A stretch of DNA of 64,000 nucleotides from Octopus vulgaris (GCA_951406725.2 OX597831.1:39680001-39744000); one strand, 5' to 3'; numbered from the stretch's first letter, positions 24,742 to 37,424 are shown. Translations and numbers: made by a program. Notes: generated from the sequence alone by a model not told the origin.

Positions 24742-25382
24742 CAGGGCAGGCCAATCTGAGGCCCGCATACTTTTATCTTAGTCCCGCTTGATACTTTCTT
24801 GAAGAAGCATTATTTAATTTCAAAATATAATTGTTTGCGTAAAACTTTTGTTTCAAAATAGATTTCTGTGCATGGCAATAAAGCCATAGTCTAAAATTTT
24901 ATAATAGGCGCAGGAGTGGCTGTGTGGTAAATAGCTTGCTTACCAACCACATGGCTCCGGGTTCAGTCCTACTGCATGGCACCTTGAGCAAGCTAACCAC
25001 AGCCTTGTGAGTGGATTTCGTAGACGGAAACTGAAAGAAGCTCATTGTATATATGTGTGTGTGTTTGTTCCCTGACCATCGCTTGACAACTGATGTTAGT
25101 GTGTTTATGTTCCTATAACTTTGCAGTTCAGCAAAAGAGACTGAAAGAATAAGTACTCGGCTTACAAAGAATAAGTCCTGGGGTCGATTAGTTCGACTAA
25201 AGGTGGTTCTCATGGCAGTCATGGCTGAAACAAAAGAATAAAAGAATAAATGAAAAGTATGAAAAATTCTTGATTCTGTAATTTGATTATTTGACTGTTA
25301 GGGCATACAGTATACAAGCAGCCCTCAAAAAGCTTTCTGTGGATAAAGTGGCCCACATTGTAAATCGAGTTGGCCAGGCCTG
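24742..25382. mobile_element. hAT (Charlie-like) MITE containing a SINE A
   Basis: CAGGGCAGGCCAA ... TTGGCCAGGCCTG; 8-bp TSD GGTTAGAC/GGTTAGAT. Confidence 0.8.
24906..25248 (+). mobile_element. SINE family A
   Basis: head, core and tail match the family. Confidence 0.9.
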
Positions 25383-25730
25383 GGTTAGATGGTTTAATTG
25401 GAACTGGTAAGCCGGAGAGCTGCACCAGGTTCCAGTCTGATTTTGTCATGGTTTTTATGGCATATGTGCCATTTATATGACACCAGCAACAGCCACACTT
25501 AAAATTCCACTTGGCTTGATGTGTCTTCTCCAGCACAGCATATCGCCAAAAGTCTTGGTCACTAGTCATTGCCTCTGTGAGCCCCACCGTTCAGAGATCA
25601 TGTTTCACCTCCTTGTCCCATGTCTTCCTGGGTCTCGCTCTTCCACAGTTTCCTTCCACTGGTATTTTACCACAAGCATAATAACCACTAATAAACACAT
25701 TTCACATCAAATCTTCCAACTATATCAGTA

Positions 25731-26113
25731 TAGGTGTAGGAGTGGCTTGCTTATGAACCACATGGTTCCGGGTTCAGTCCCACTGCATGGCACCTTGGTC
25801 AAGTGTCTTCTACAATAGCCTCAGGCCGACCAAAACCTTGTGAGTGGATTTGCTAGACAGAAACTGAAAGAAGCCCGTCGTATATATGTATATGTGTGTG
25901 CGTATATGTTTGTGTGTCTGTGTTTGTCCCCCCAACACTGCTTGACAACTGATGCTGGTGTGTTTATGTCCCCGTAACTTAACGGTTCGGCAAAAGAGAC
26001 TGATAGAATAAGTACTGGGCTTACAAAGAATAAGTCCTGGGGTCGATTTGCTCGACTAAAGGTGGTGCTCCAGCATGGCCCTCAGTCAAATGACTGAAAA
26101 GAGTACAAGAGTA
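25731..26113 (+). mobile_element. SINE family A
   Basis: matches the family; short deletion in the head. Confidence 0.9.
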
Positions 26114-27210
26114 TAACGGGGCTAAATTTTTTATTGTTCTTTATCAATTTTGTTAACTGTTTTCATTAAATTCGTTAAATATCTTTTATTAAAAATCAGT
26201 AATGATTAAAAAAAGAACAAAGGAATAATTGTTTGTAAATCAATAATTTTTTTTATTAATTATATTTTTTCATTTTATTTTAAAATATTTACATGATTAG
26301 TGATGGGAGTGTCAATAAATTATCAACAATTCTATGAAGCGGTCAATGACTTATTAAACCCACCCCGTTCCTCCAGTCTAGATTAGTAGATGTTTTCTAT
26401 TATTTCCTTAGTTGTCTTAAGTGTCTTAGTTACTGGACTTAAGTTAGGACAACCTCTGTGTTGAGGACGTTTATTGAGATGGAAACATGTCCACGGCTCA
26501 CTTTTTATCTCCAATCAATCAGGCTCTTTTGTTTTCCTTTACGAGAAGATAATAGATCTGGAGAATTGTTAAAGTGTTGGATAAACTGCATTGCAGTATT
26601 TAGCCATGGGCATCCACATTCTGAGTTCAAATCCTGTTGAAGTTAACTTTGCTTTTCATCCTTCTGATCTACAAGATAATGTATTTGTCATGTACTGGAG
26701 TGTGAAAGGTATATGGCCTATTGGTTGAGGGTGTTAAGCTCATGTTTATAAGGTTGTCAGAATGATTTCTGGACTAAGTGAAACCTTGTGTCCTTCAGGA
26801 ATGTACTTCATTTTACGTCTGATGAGACAAGAAAGAAGGCATTTTGTTTCAGTCAGTTCACCTGGAAATGAGTACCAGGGCAGTGCTGGAATATCCCTCA
26901 GCCCCTCCATTTGTCTTATCTGCGATGTTCCACTGGGTAAAATATGGTGGTTGTTGGTAGGGCAAGAGAATGTCCGTATCTACTGACATCTACACAAGAA
27001 CCTGAATCAGTTAGCAAAAGTAGATAAAGCTGTGATAAAATGCTTGCTTCCCAATTGCACGGTTTTGGCTTCAGTCCCCTGCGTGGCACCTTGGGCAAGT
27101 GTCTTCTTATATAATGGTTTCCAGTTGGGGTTCTATGTGACTCTTAGGGTTGCATATAATATTTCATTGTTAAAGATATGTACAAAAAATTGGTTACACT
27201 TCCACAATAC

Positions 27211-27588
27211 TCTTTTACTTGTTTCAGTCATTTGACTGTGGCCATGCTGGAGCACCGCCTTTAGTCGAGCAAATCGACCCCAGGACTTATTCTTTGTAAG
27301 CCTAGTACTTATTCTATCGTGCTCTTTTGCTGAACTGCTAAGTTACGGGGACGTAAACACACCAGCAATGGTTGTCCAGCGATGTTGAGGGGACAATCAC
27401 AGACAGACACACACACATATATATATGTATACATATATACGACGGGCTTCTTTCAGTTTCCATCTGCCAAATCCACCCACAAGGCTTTGGTTGGCCCGAA
27501 GCTACAGCAGAAGATATTCGCCCACGATACCACGCAGTGGGACTGAACCTAGATCCATGTGGTCGAGAAGCTTCTTGCCACACCTGTG
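27211..27588 (-). mobile_element. SINE family A
   Basis: reverse-complement match. Confidence 0.9.
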
Positions 27589-27782
27589 TTTTAATTAATA
27601 AGCAACAGCTGCTGCTGCTGATGATTGTGGTTATGTTTTTTTTAATTGCTGCAATTTACTTAGTAGTGTGTAAGCTGGTCCTCTGGCAACACATGGGGTG
27701 CTAATCTGGGTTTTCTAATATTTGATAACTAATATTAAATACATGTGTGTATACATACATACACGCACACCATTTAACATCT

Positions 27783-28016
27783 AAGGCGGCGAGCTGGCAG
27801 AGCCGTTAGCACGTCGGGCAAAATGCGTAGCCGTATTTTGTCTGCCGTTACGTTCTGAGTTCAAATTCCACCGAGGTCGACTTTGCCTTTCATCCTTTCG
27901 GGGTCGATAAATTAAGTACCAGTTACACACTGGGGTCGATATAATCGACTTAATCCATTTGTCTGTCCTTGTTTGTCCCCCTCTGTGTTCAGCCCCTTGT
28001 GTGTAATAAAGAAACA
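27783..28016 (+). mobile_element. Nin/Deu-domain SINE (family B), full length
   Basis: GCCTTTCATCCTTTCGGGGTCGATAAATTAAGTACCAG domain; 12-bp TSD CATTTAACATCT. Confidence 0.92.
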
Positions 28017-28909
28017 CATTTAACATCTGCTTTTCCATGCTTATACACACTCATACGTATACACACACACACACACATATATATATGGCAAAATACAGTT
28101 TATATAAAACATTTCACATGACGATTTTGATGGTGTTGCATTCCATGATTCCATGCTGATAAAAAAAATACAAAACTAAACAAAAAATTAAAGAAACAAA
28201 AATAATGGACAACAAAAGAGAAAAACGCCTGATTTTCATCCAATGAAATCACACGGAATAATAATAATGTTAATAATAATGCTATTACAATTTTTCATGT
28301 GATGTTGTTTTTCTGTCAACACAAAACCACACGAAAGTGTAACCATCTGCTTCATAAATTGTTGAGTTAAATTATAATGTGTTGTTTCGCTATTTGTTAA
28401 AGAAGTGTTCAGCAAATCTAGTCTATAAATACCAACTTTATTCTTGTATGATGTCTGCTATTGTGCTAAAATAATTGGGGTTTTTTTTTTATTAAAAAAA
28501 AATTGGGTGGGGTTTAAATCGTTGAAGTACTAAGTCGGTAGCCTACCTGAGAAAGCTTGTATTGAAAGTGTTTGTATTTAAATTAAAAATTCTGATGTAT
28601 GGCTGTGGGGTAAGAATTTTGTCTTCCAACCGCATGGTTCTAGATTCAGTCCCAATCTGTGGCTCCTTCAGTTAGTGGATTTGGTGAATGGAAACTGAAA
28701 GAAGCCCATTGTGTATGTGTGTGTATATATATATATAATATATTTTCATCATTTAATGTCAGCTCTCCATGCTGGTTTGATTAAGGCTGGCAAGCAGAGG
28801 GGCTACAGTAGACTTCAGTCTGATTTGGCATGGTTTCTATGGCTGGATGTTCTTCCTGACGCCTACCACTTTGTAATGGACACTTCTATGTGCTACTGGC
28901 ACAGGTTCC

Positions 28910-29172
28910 AGCACCTTTCAAGAGCTGGGCCTCACAGATGCAATGACAAATGACTGATGCCTTTGGCATTATACTTTGCTTGAGAAGACCCATCAAACCA
29001 GGCAAGATTAGTCGTGGCAGATACTGGTGTCACACAACTGGAACCTTTGTGACACCAGTATCTGCCACGACTAATCTTGCCTGGTTTGATGGGTCTTCTC
29101 AAGCAAAGTATAATGCCAAAGGCATCAGTCATTTGTCATTGCATCTGTGAGGCCCAGCTCTTGAAAGGTGCT
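28910..29172. repeat. perfect inverted repeat (125-bp arms, 13-bp spacer) inside a family C copy
   Basis: 28910-29034 is the reverse complement of 29048-29172; the mirror ORFs give identical peptides outside the spacer. Confidence 0.97.
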
Positions 29173-29456
29173 TTTTACATCCCTGAGAGCTACGTTAAGG
29201 GTGCACGTTTGTGTGGAGTGGTCAACCAAATCCACTCACAAGGCTTTGGTTGGCCTGAGGTGCCACACAGTGGGAATGAACCTGTAACCATGTGGTTGGT
29301 AAGCAAGCTACTTACCACACAGCCACTCCTATGCCTGCATATAGATTTGTTAGATATATTATTATATACTATTAGCTGGTAAAAATGACTAGTACCTGTA
29401 ATTCAAAAGACTGGCCTTGTCACATTCTGTATTAGGCTGAATTTCTCTGAGAATTA

Positions 29457-29637
29457 CCATATTTTAATATGTATAAGGAACCCTATTTTGTCAAAAATTA
29501 GGTTAAAAACAAATATGTGAGTTTCTTATACATGGATAGTATTATAATCCCGTACAAAACGGCTTTTCCAAATTTTAGGCTTCCAAAATTAGGGGGTTCC
29601 TTATACACAAGGGTTCTTTATACATATTAAAATATGG
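29457..29637. mobile_element. Tc2/pogo-like MITE inserted in a SINE E tail
   Basis: TA|CCATATTTTAATATGTATAA ... TTATACATATTAAAATATGG|TG. Confidence 0.8.
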
Positions 29638-30189
29638 TGCATTAAGCTTACGTGTGTCTGTGGAGTACTCAACCGCTTGCCTGTTAATTTCACAAGCAGG
29701 CGTTTTGTTGATTGAATCCACTTAATATGCAGTAATTAAATCATGTTTCTTACCTTGCATATATATGATTCACCTTGTCTTTGGTAAAATTGCCTTGCAT
29801 GAGACCGGTCTGTGCTACAAAAAAGGATTGGGGGGGACCGCTTGAGTAAGACATAATAGAGAGGGAAATCAGGGAGGTCAGTCAGATTGTTTGGATGTTG
29901 TGTCGTATCGTTAGCAAAACCAAAATAGATCAAAACAAGCCTCGATATAATGTATACCGACTCTATACAATTCATGCCAGTCTTTTGGTAAAACAGATGT
30001 CGAAATGTTGATGGTGGTGGTGGTGGTTGTAATTATTTCTGTGTATTTCTGAATTTCCACAGGGACAATTCTTAAAACCAAAACTGTTTCAGAGTGAGAT
30101 TTTTTTCACTTTCTTTCTCTAAATTTCGGTGACAGTGGGATGGTGGGGTTGGATGGAGAAGAACTTTATGCAGACAATCTGGGAGTTTG

Positions 30190-30790
30190 TGTGCGTGTGT
30201 TTGTGTGTATGTGTACTTATATGTGTATATGCATATATGCTTGTATGTATATATGTGTATGTACATATATATTTGTATGTTTGTGTATATTTATGTGTAC
30301 ATATATATGTATATATGTGTATATGCACATATATTTGTATGTATATATATGTGTTAATACATATATATATATATTTATTTATACGTATGTGTATATGCAT
30401 TTGTATGTATGTGTATATACATATGTATGTATGTGTATATACATTTGTATGTATGTATGTGTATATACATTTGTATGTATGTGTATATACATTTGTATGT
30501 ATGTATGTGTATATACGTTTGTATGTATGTATGTGCATATGCATTTGTATATATATATGTGCATATGCATTTGTATGTATATATGTGTATATGCATATAT
30601 ACTTGTATGTTTGTGTGTATATATATGTATATATCTACATACACATATCTGTATACATATGTACATATGTATGCCTATATGTGTATGTGGATATATACAC
30701 ATGTATGCCTATATTTGATTGTGCATATATATTTTTGTATATATATGTGCATCTACGTTTGTGTGTGTATACACACACACACACTCTTGT
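30190..30790. repeat. compound (TG/TA/TATG)n microsatellite with higher-order ~22-26 bp units
   Basis: direct reading. Confidence 0.95.
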
Positions 30791-31359
30791 ATATTGAGAT
30801 CTTGTTCTAAATATATACTTCCTAATGTCAATAGTTAGTGGGTGGCAGGGTTCAGAGTAACTGGGGCTCATTGTTTAATTTTCGGCGGGGGGTGTGTGTG
30901 TGAATTTTTGGGGTGTAATGGTTCGGTGGTTGGGTTGCTGCCATAATGATATTTTCACAGCATGGTTTAATTAGTATTCCAATAGTCTATATTTTCTATT
31001 TTATTTTGACTACCACCACCATCCTCTTCATACTATTTTATAAAAGTAGCTTCTGGTTTCTATTAAACTCCATTAATTTTCTTTTGTTTTTCCATTTTGA
31101 TGTTTTATAGAGCAATAAATAAGGGTGATTGCTAGAATTGGTAGAGCATCAGATAAAATGAATTTGTGGCATTGGGGCTACACGCCCTTTTTCATTGTTC
31201 TGGATTCCTTCACAAATGTCACTGGGAGACTGAATTTTAAAAAAATAAAAATTTTATTTGCTACTTTTCATTTTATGGAGTTTGGAAGAAAAAAAAAAGA
31301 ATAAAAAATTTTTTTTGCTGATTCTAGTCTAATAATACTTGGAGCAGGGTTGTCACAAA

Positions 31360-31594
31360 TCCATTTCTTTATTACCCACAAGGGGCTAAACACAGAAGGT
31401 ACAAACAAGGACAGACAAATGGATTAAGTCGATTACATCGACCCCAGTGCGTAACTGGTACTTAATTTATCAACCCCGAAAGGATGAAAGGCAAAGTGGA
31501 CCTTGGCGGAATTTGAACTCAGAACGTAATGGCAGACGAAATACGGTTACGCATTTCGCCTGGCGTGCTAACGTTTCTGCCAGCTCGCCACCTT
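31360..31594 (-). mobile_element. Nin/Deu-domain SINE (family B), full length
   Basis: 15-bp TSD CAGGGTTGTCACAAA. Confidence 0.92.
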
Positions 31595-31609
31595 CAGGGT
31601 TGTCACAAA

Positions 31610-31890
31610 ACATCATCATCTTCACAACAACAGTATCATTATCATCATCATAGTCTTCATCATCATAGATATCATCAGCATAGTCTTCATCATCAACAGT
31701 ATTATCATCATCACAGTCATCATCATCATCATCATCATCATCACCACAACAATAGTATCATCATCGTGAATAGCAACAGCAGTATCACCATCACTGTCTT
31801 AGTCATCACCATCATCATCGTCTTCATAACAACAGCATCGTTGCCATCATCACCATCATTGTCATCTTCATCATCATCATGATTATCATT
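31610..31890. repeat. degenerate (CAT)n microsatellite
   Basis: direct reading. Confidence 0.9.
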
Positions 31891-32211
31891 GATCCAAGTA
31901 TTTCCTGCATATTACCACAAATCAGAGTGGTGTGTGTGTGTATGTGTGTGTGTATGTGTGTGTGTGTGTGTGGTGCTAATATTTTAAAGAGAATATTAGT
32001 AGGGATAGTTTTTTTAGTCTTATCATTTTCAAAGCTGTTATTGCCGTGGTTATTTTTGTTTCTCTAATTCCTTCATGGTACCGTTTCGAAACACTGCTAT
32101 CCATTGTTTTCAAACTCAGCTATTAACACAGCCACCATTGGCCTGATAACAAACAGACGAACAGATGAACTTACACCCACACAGGACTAGGTTTGAGTAT
32201 GTATATGTGTG

Positions 32212-32242
<31 letters not shown>

Positions 32243-32479
32243 TCTTGAGTATATATGTGGTTACAAAAACTTAAAAATGTATTACTAAAGATTTATTTAT
32301 GCGTTTTACATGAACACACACAAGCATGGCTGTGTATTTAAGAGGTTTGCTTCCCAGCCACATGGTCTTGAGTTCAGTTCCACTGCGTGGTACGTGGGGC
32401 AACTGTCTTCTATATAATCATGGCCAAAAGTTTGGAACATAGGTGTGAAAATTAGAATTTTTATATTAAATGCCCAAAT

Positions 32480-32554
<75 letters not shown>

Positions 32555-33254
32555 CGAATGGTACTTGGGAATAAAAAAAATGTTCCAAACATTTTGGCCA
32601 TGATTAACCCCAGTAAACAAACCAGGACTGGGTGTCAAGCGGTGGTGGGGGACAAATACTAAGACACACATACACACATGATGGGCTTCTTTTAGTTTCC
32701 ATCTACCAAATCCACCCACAGAGCTTTGGTTGGTCTGAAGCTACAGTAGAAAGCACTTGGCCATTGTGCCACACAGTGGAACTTAACCCAGAACCATCAG
32801 TTTCTAAATAGTCACTTGAACTGCTAGAAATAGCAGCCAGAACTAGTTCAGGTCCTTAAAATTCTTTTGTTTAACCCTCCCCACCACAAATACAAAAGCA
32901 ACAACAACAGAAAACACATTAAATAATGTTGTTTAAGGTATTCTACGTCTATTAAAAAATGGAAAAAAAATCCCCTGATAGGATGGTCACAACTGGAGCA
33001 TCTTTGACCATAGATATGCTCAATTAACACTGTCCTGGGGCTAAACAACAAGCAGCATTTATTTTTGTCGCGTAATTCAATAACTGCTGTTATCTTTTCA
33101 TTGTTTATTGTCTGTGGCATGCTGTAAGTTTTGAATCTTGATATTTGAGAGATAAAATGCTACAAACAGTTGTTTTTAGTTGTGAGTGTTTGTTTATATG
33201 CCTTTGGGTATTGCAACCTGGAGGCAATTATAATGCATTTTTTAAAAACAATTC

Positions 33255-33290
<36 letters not shown>

Positions 33291-33304
33291 TAATCATTAA
33301 TGCT

Positions 33305-33705
33305 GGAAAGGAACTGAGGCATAGTGGCTGAGTTCCTTTCGAGTGTTGGGCCTCATGGAGGCGAGGTGGTTGAGTTCCTTTTGAGTGGCCTGACAGAGGC
33401 AAAGTGGCTGGGTTCCTTTCGAGTGGTGGACTTAATAGGAGGCAAAGTGGCCGAGTTCCTTTGAAGCATTGGGCCTCACAGAGGCAATGACCAAAACTTT
33501 TGGCATTATGTCGTGCTTGAGAAGAAGACCCATCAAGTCAAGCAAAATCACAGTCGTGGCAGATACTGGTGTCGTGCAAATGGCACCCGTGCTGGTGGCA
33601 TGTAAAAGTACCTTATACACTCTCGGAGTGGTTGGCATTAGGAAGGGCATCCAGCTGTAGAAAACCATGCCAAATCAGACTGGAGCCTGGCGCAGCCTTC
33701 CAGTG
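33305..33705 (+). mobile_element. RTE-derived family C subfamily with 5' tandem GTGGCTGAGTTCCTTT units
   Basis: GGGCCTCACAGAGGCAATGACC...GGAAGGGCATCCAGCTGTAG. Confidence 0.85.
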
Positions 33706-34290
33706 GGAGGGGACTAGTCGATTACATCAACCCCTGTGTTTCACTGGTACTTAATTTATTGATCCCAACAGGATGAAAGGGTAAGTCGACTGCCAGCGGA
33801 ATTTGAACTGAGAACGTAAATAATAATAATAATCTTTTCTACTTTAGGCACAAGGCTCAAAATTGTAGGGGAGGTGAGGCGGTCAATTAGATCTACCCCA
33901 ATACGCAACTGGTACTTAATTTATTGACCCCCAAAATTTGAACTCAGAATGTAATTAATGATAATAGTAATAATAGCTTCAAATTTTGGGATGAGACCAG
34001 CAATTTTTGAGGTGAGGGGGCAGGTCGATTACATCAGCCTCAGTACTCTTATTGGTATTTATTTTATTGACCTGCTCCCCTCCAAAAAGATGAAAGATAC
34101 AGTCAACCTCAGCAGAATTTGAACCCAAAATGTAAAAATGGACGAAATGCGCCACTAAGCATTTTTGTGTCTGGTGAGGAAAGGATGAAAGGCCAAGTAA
34201 ATCATGGTGGAATTTGAACACAGAAGACAGATGGAATGATGCTAAGCATTTTGTCCAATGTGCTCGCAATTCTCCCAGCGCATCTCTTTT
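33700..34290 (-). mobile_element. cluster of 3-4 family B SINE fragments
   Basis: repeated CTGGTACTTAATTTATTGA and GAATTTGAAC motifs. Confidence 0.7.
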
Positions 34291-34309
34291 CTAGTAGTCG
34301 TAATGATGA

Positions 34310-34710
34310 TGATCATCATCATTGTCATTTAACATCCATTGTCCATGCTGGCATGGGTTGGACGGTTTGACTGGGCTGGCCTGCTGGAAGGCTGCGCCAT
34401 ACTTCAATCTGATTTGGCATGGTTTTCTACAGCTGGATGCCCTTCCTGACACCAACCACTCCAAGAGTGTAATGAGTGCTTTTACATGCCACTGGCATGG
34501 GTGCTATTTGCGTGACACCAGTATCTGCCATGACTGCGATTTTGCTCAATTTGATGGGTCTTCTTCTCAAGCACGACATAATGCCAAAGGTCTTGGTCAT
34601 TGCCTCCGTGAGGCCCAATGCTCTAAAGGAACTCAGCCACCTCGTCTCCGTAAAGCCCAACACTTGAAAGGAACTCAGCCACTATGCCTCTGAGTTCCTT
34701 TTGAGTGCTA
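34310..34710 (-). mobile_element. same family C subfamily, inverted relative to 33305-33705
   Basis: near-identical mirror ORF peptides. Confidence 0.85.
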
Positions 34711-34770
34711 ATGATGATGATGATGATAATGATACGAGTAATACCACCACCACCACTACTATTACTACTG

Positions 34771-34804
<34 letters not shown>

Positions 34805-35538
34805 TTTCAGTTAAAAGGTTTTGTATTTTTTCATTTTTGATAAACAGATAAACATGAAAAAAATAAATAACTAAATAAGTTAATTAAAATAAAATTAGAG
34901 ATTAGGTTGCAAGATAGAGAAATAAAATACTTTGAAAACAGTTTGTTAAAAAATACCCCCCCCCCCCAATTTAAAAAATTTTCTGGGTTTTTTTTTTCTT
35001 GTAAATTGTTAAAAAATTTTTTGGAAAAAAGAAACAAAACAAAACGAAAGAAATATAGCCTTCAATTTCAGTGTATTCATTGAAAGTTATGAACAACACC
35101 AATTTCTTGTTTTTCTATTCTTTCTTTTGTTTAGCATTTAAAAACCAATTTTTCTTTTTTTGCTTTCAATATTTAATTTCTTGGTTTCATTTGTATTAAA
35201 TTGAGGAGTGCATTGAAATTGGGTTTAAACTGTAATAATACTCACCGAAAAATATAGTTGACAGGTTGTGGACATGAATCATGTGCTGTGTTATATTTGT
35301 CATCATTGTCATCATTCTCATCGTTGTTGTTGTTATTGTCATTATCCTCATCATTTTTGTTGTCGTTATTGTCATTGTTTCACGTCAGTCTTCTATGCAT
35401 TATTGTCATTGTTTCACGTTGGTCTTCCATGCTGGAATGGATCGAATGGTTAGATACAATCCACTAGGTTCAAGGACTGCTCCAATGTCTGCTTTCGCCT
35501 GGTTTCTATGGCCAAATGCTCTAATACCAGCCATTTAA

Positions 35539-35758
35539 CCCTTACGATACCAACCTGGCTGAAACCGCCTCTGGCTCTGTAGTACAAATGTTTTGTTTTC
35601 ATCAGTTTTGAATTAAAATCTTCCACCAAACTTTAGTCACGATTTATGCTCTTAACCCTAGCTTAATGATAACTAAATTATTTTACTAAATTCTTTGTTA
35701 TATTTAAAATTAATTGAAAGAAACAGAGCATCTCAAAATAAATACGGCAATGAAAAGG
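35539..35758. mobile_element. piggyBac-like MITE (family D) nested in a family C copy
   Basis: TTAA|CCCTT ... AAAGG|TTAA. Confidence 0.85.
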
Positions 35759-36266
35759 TTAACAGAGTTTGTTGGGTGATTGTTTTTTTTTGTATGAATT
35801 GGATGGTTGACAACATCTGAAGGGCCTAAGGACTGCATTGTCCTCCAATGTCTGCTTTAGCATGATTTCTATGGCCAAATGCCCTTCCTAACACCAACCA
35901 TTTTACAGAGTTTGTTTGGTGATATTTTTTGCATGGTACCAGCACTACTTAGGTTACAGATGAGAATTGAAACCATATTGGCCAGGTGTGTGACATTATT
36001 CATCCTCCTCCTTGTGATGATGGTCATCATCATCTCGCTCCCCCTTTTCCACCATAAAACCATCCCCCCACCGTCATTGTCATCAGCAGCAGCTAGGTTA
36101 CCTGTACAAGCAAATTGCCATATTAGTAATGAAGGATATTTTGCATACCTGTATGTCGTGGAACTGTCTTCTCCCCGTCAACAACCTGGAATTATTTATT
36201 GCCATTTGTTCCTGCTGTCTGTTCATAGTGTTGATGCTGTTAGGAATGTAAAAATAAAATAAAATA

Positions 36267-36440
36267 GGTGCATGAGTGGCTGTGTGGTAAGTAGCTTGCT
36301 TACCAACCACATGGTTCTGGGTTCAGTCCCACTGCGTGGCACCTTGGGCAAGTGTCTTCTACTATAGCCTTGGACCGACCAAAGCCTTGTGAGTAGATTT
36401 GGTAGGCAAAAACTGAAAAGAAGCCCATCATAATATGTAC

Positions 36441-36502
<62 letters not shown>

Positions 36503-36726
36503 TTGTGTTTACCCCCCCCCCCAACATCTCTTGACAAATGATGCTGGTGGTGTGTTTACGTCCCCTTAACTTAGCGGTTTGGCAAAAGAGACCGATAGAC
36601 TAAGTGCTAGGCTTACAAAGAATACGTCCTGGGGTTGATTTTCTCGACTAAAGGCAGTGCTCCAGCGTGGCTGCAATCAAATGACTGAAACAAGTAAAAG
36701 AGTAAAAGAGAGTGAGAGAGTAAAGA
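36267..36726 (+). mobile_element. SINE family A, full length
   Basis: head, core, (TA/TG)n tract and tail all present. Confidence 0.92.
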
Positions 36727-37223
36727 GTATCACTTGTCATTTCATCTTGGCCTGTTTCATGTCCTTCAGCCACCAGCCCCAGCAATGTATATTTACTCTG
36801 TATCTGCTATCTTTTACTTGTTTCAGTCATTAGACTAAGGCCATGCTGGAGCACTGGCTGAATCATTAGCACGCTGGACAGATTGCTTAGTGGCATTTCA
36901 CCATTCGCTATGTTCTGAGTTCAGATTCTGCTGAGGTCAACTTTGCCATTGAACCTTTCGAGGTCAATAAATTACGTACCAGAGAAGCACTGGGGGTTGA
37001 TGTAATCGGCTTAATCCCCACTCCCGAGCTGCCCTTGAGGAAAAAATTTGAAACCATTATTATTATTATACTTTCTTAGTGAATTTTAGTGGACGAAACT
37101 GTATGAAGCTCATTTTGTGTGTGTGTGTACGTGTGTGTGTGTGCACACACATGCTTTTCAGCACTATACATCATTAGCCAAGATGGGGGGGGGTCCCTTA
37201 GATGAAATATCATTGCTTTAGGC

Positions 37224-37424
37224 CAGTGCTCTTCAAACTTTTTGCTGGAGAGGAACCCCAAGGAAACATTCCACTGGCTCGAGGAACCCCTGTGCAATAA
37301 TTTAACAGTCTTATGCACACATATCTGCACAGGAGAATTAAATATTACTGCCGATTTTAGCATTTTTGTAACTTCTTGCGGAACCCCTGCAATGTACTGG
37401 CGGAACCCTGGTTGAAAACCACTG
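37224..37424. mobile_element. hAT (Charlie-like) MITE
   Basis: CAGTGCTCTTCAA ... TTGAAAACCACTG; perfect 8-bp TSD CTTTAGGC. Confidence 0.9.

Larger units (their letters stand above)
24685..25660 (-). mobile_element. RTE LINE 3' end (family C including ORF end), split by a hAT MITE
   Basis: tail at 24685-24741, resumes at 25383; minus strand reads CGRARPRKTWDKEVKHD and GLTEAMTSDQDFWRYAVLEKTHQAK. Confidence 0.8.

Noticed and set aside
26815-26850. CTGATGAGACAAGAAA
   Set aside because: No room for stem II, and no stems I or III.
28932-29150. Two mirror-image 66-aa ORFs
   Set aside because: A consequence of the palindrome, lying within decayed LINE sequence.
31529-31882. Poly-His/Ser ORF, and poly-Ile membrane-like ORFs at 35281, 38769, 45526 and 53399
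   Set aside because: Trinucleotide microsatellites; the 31529 ORF starts inside a SINE.
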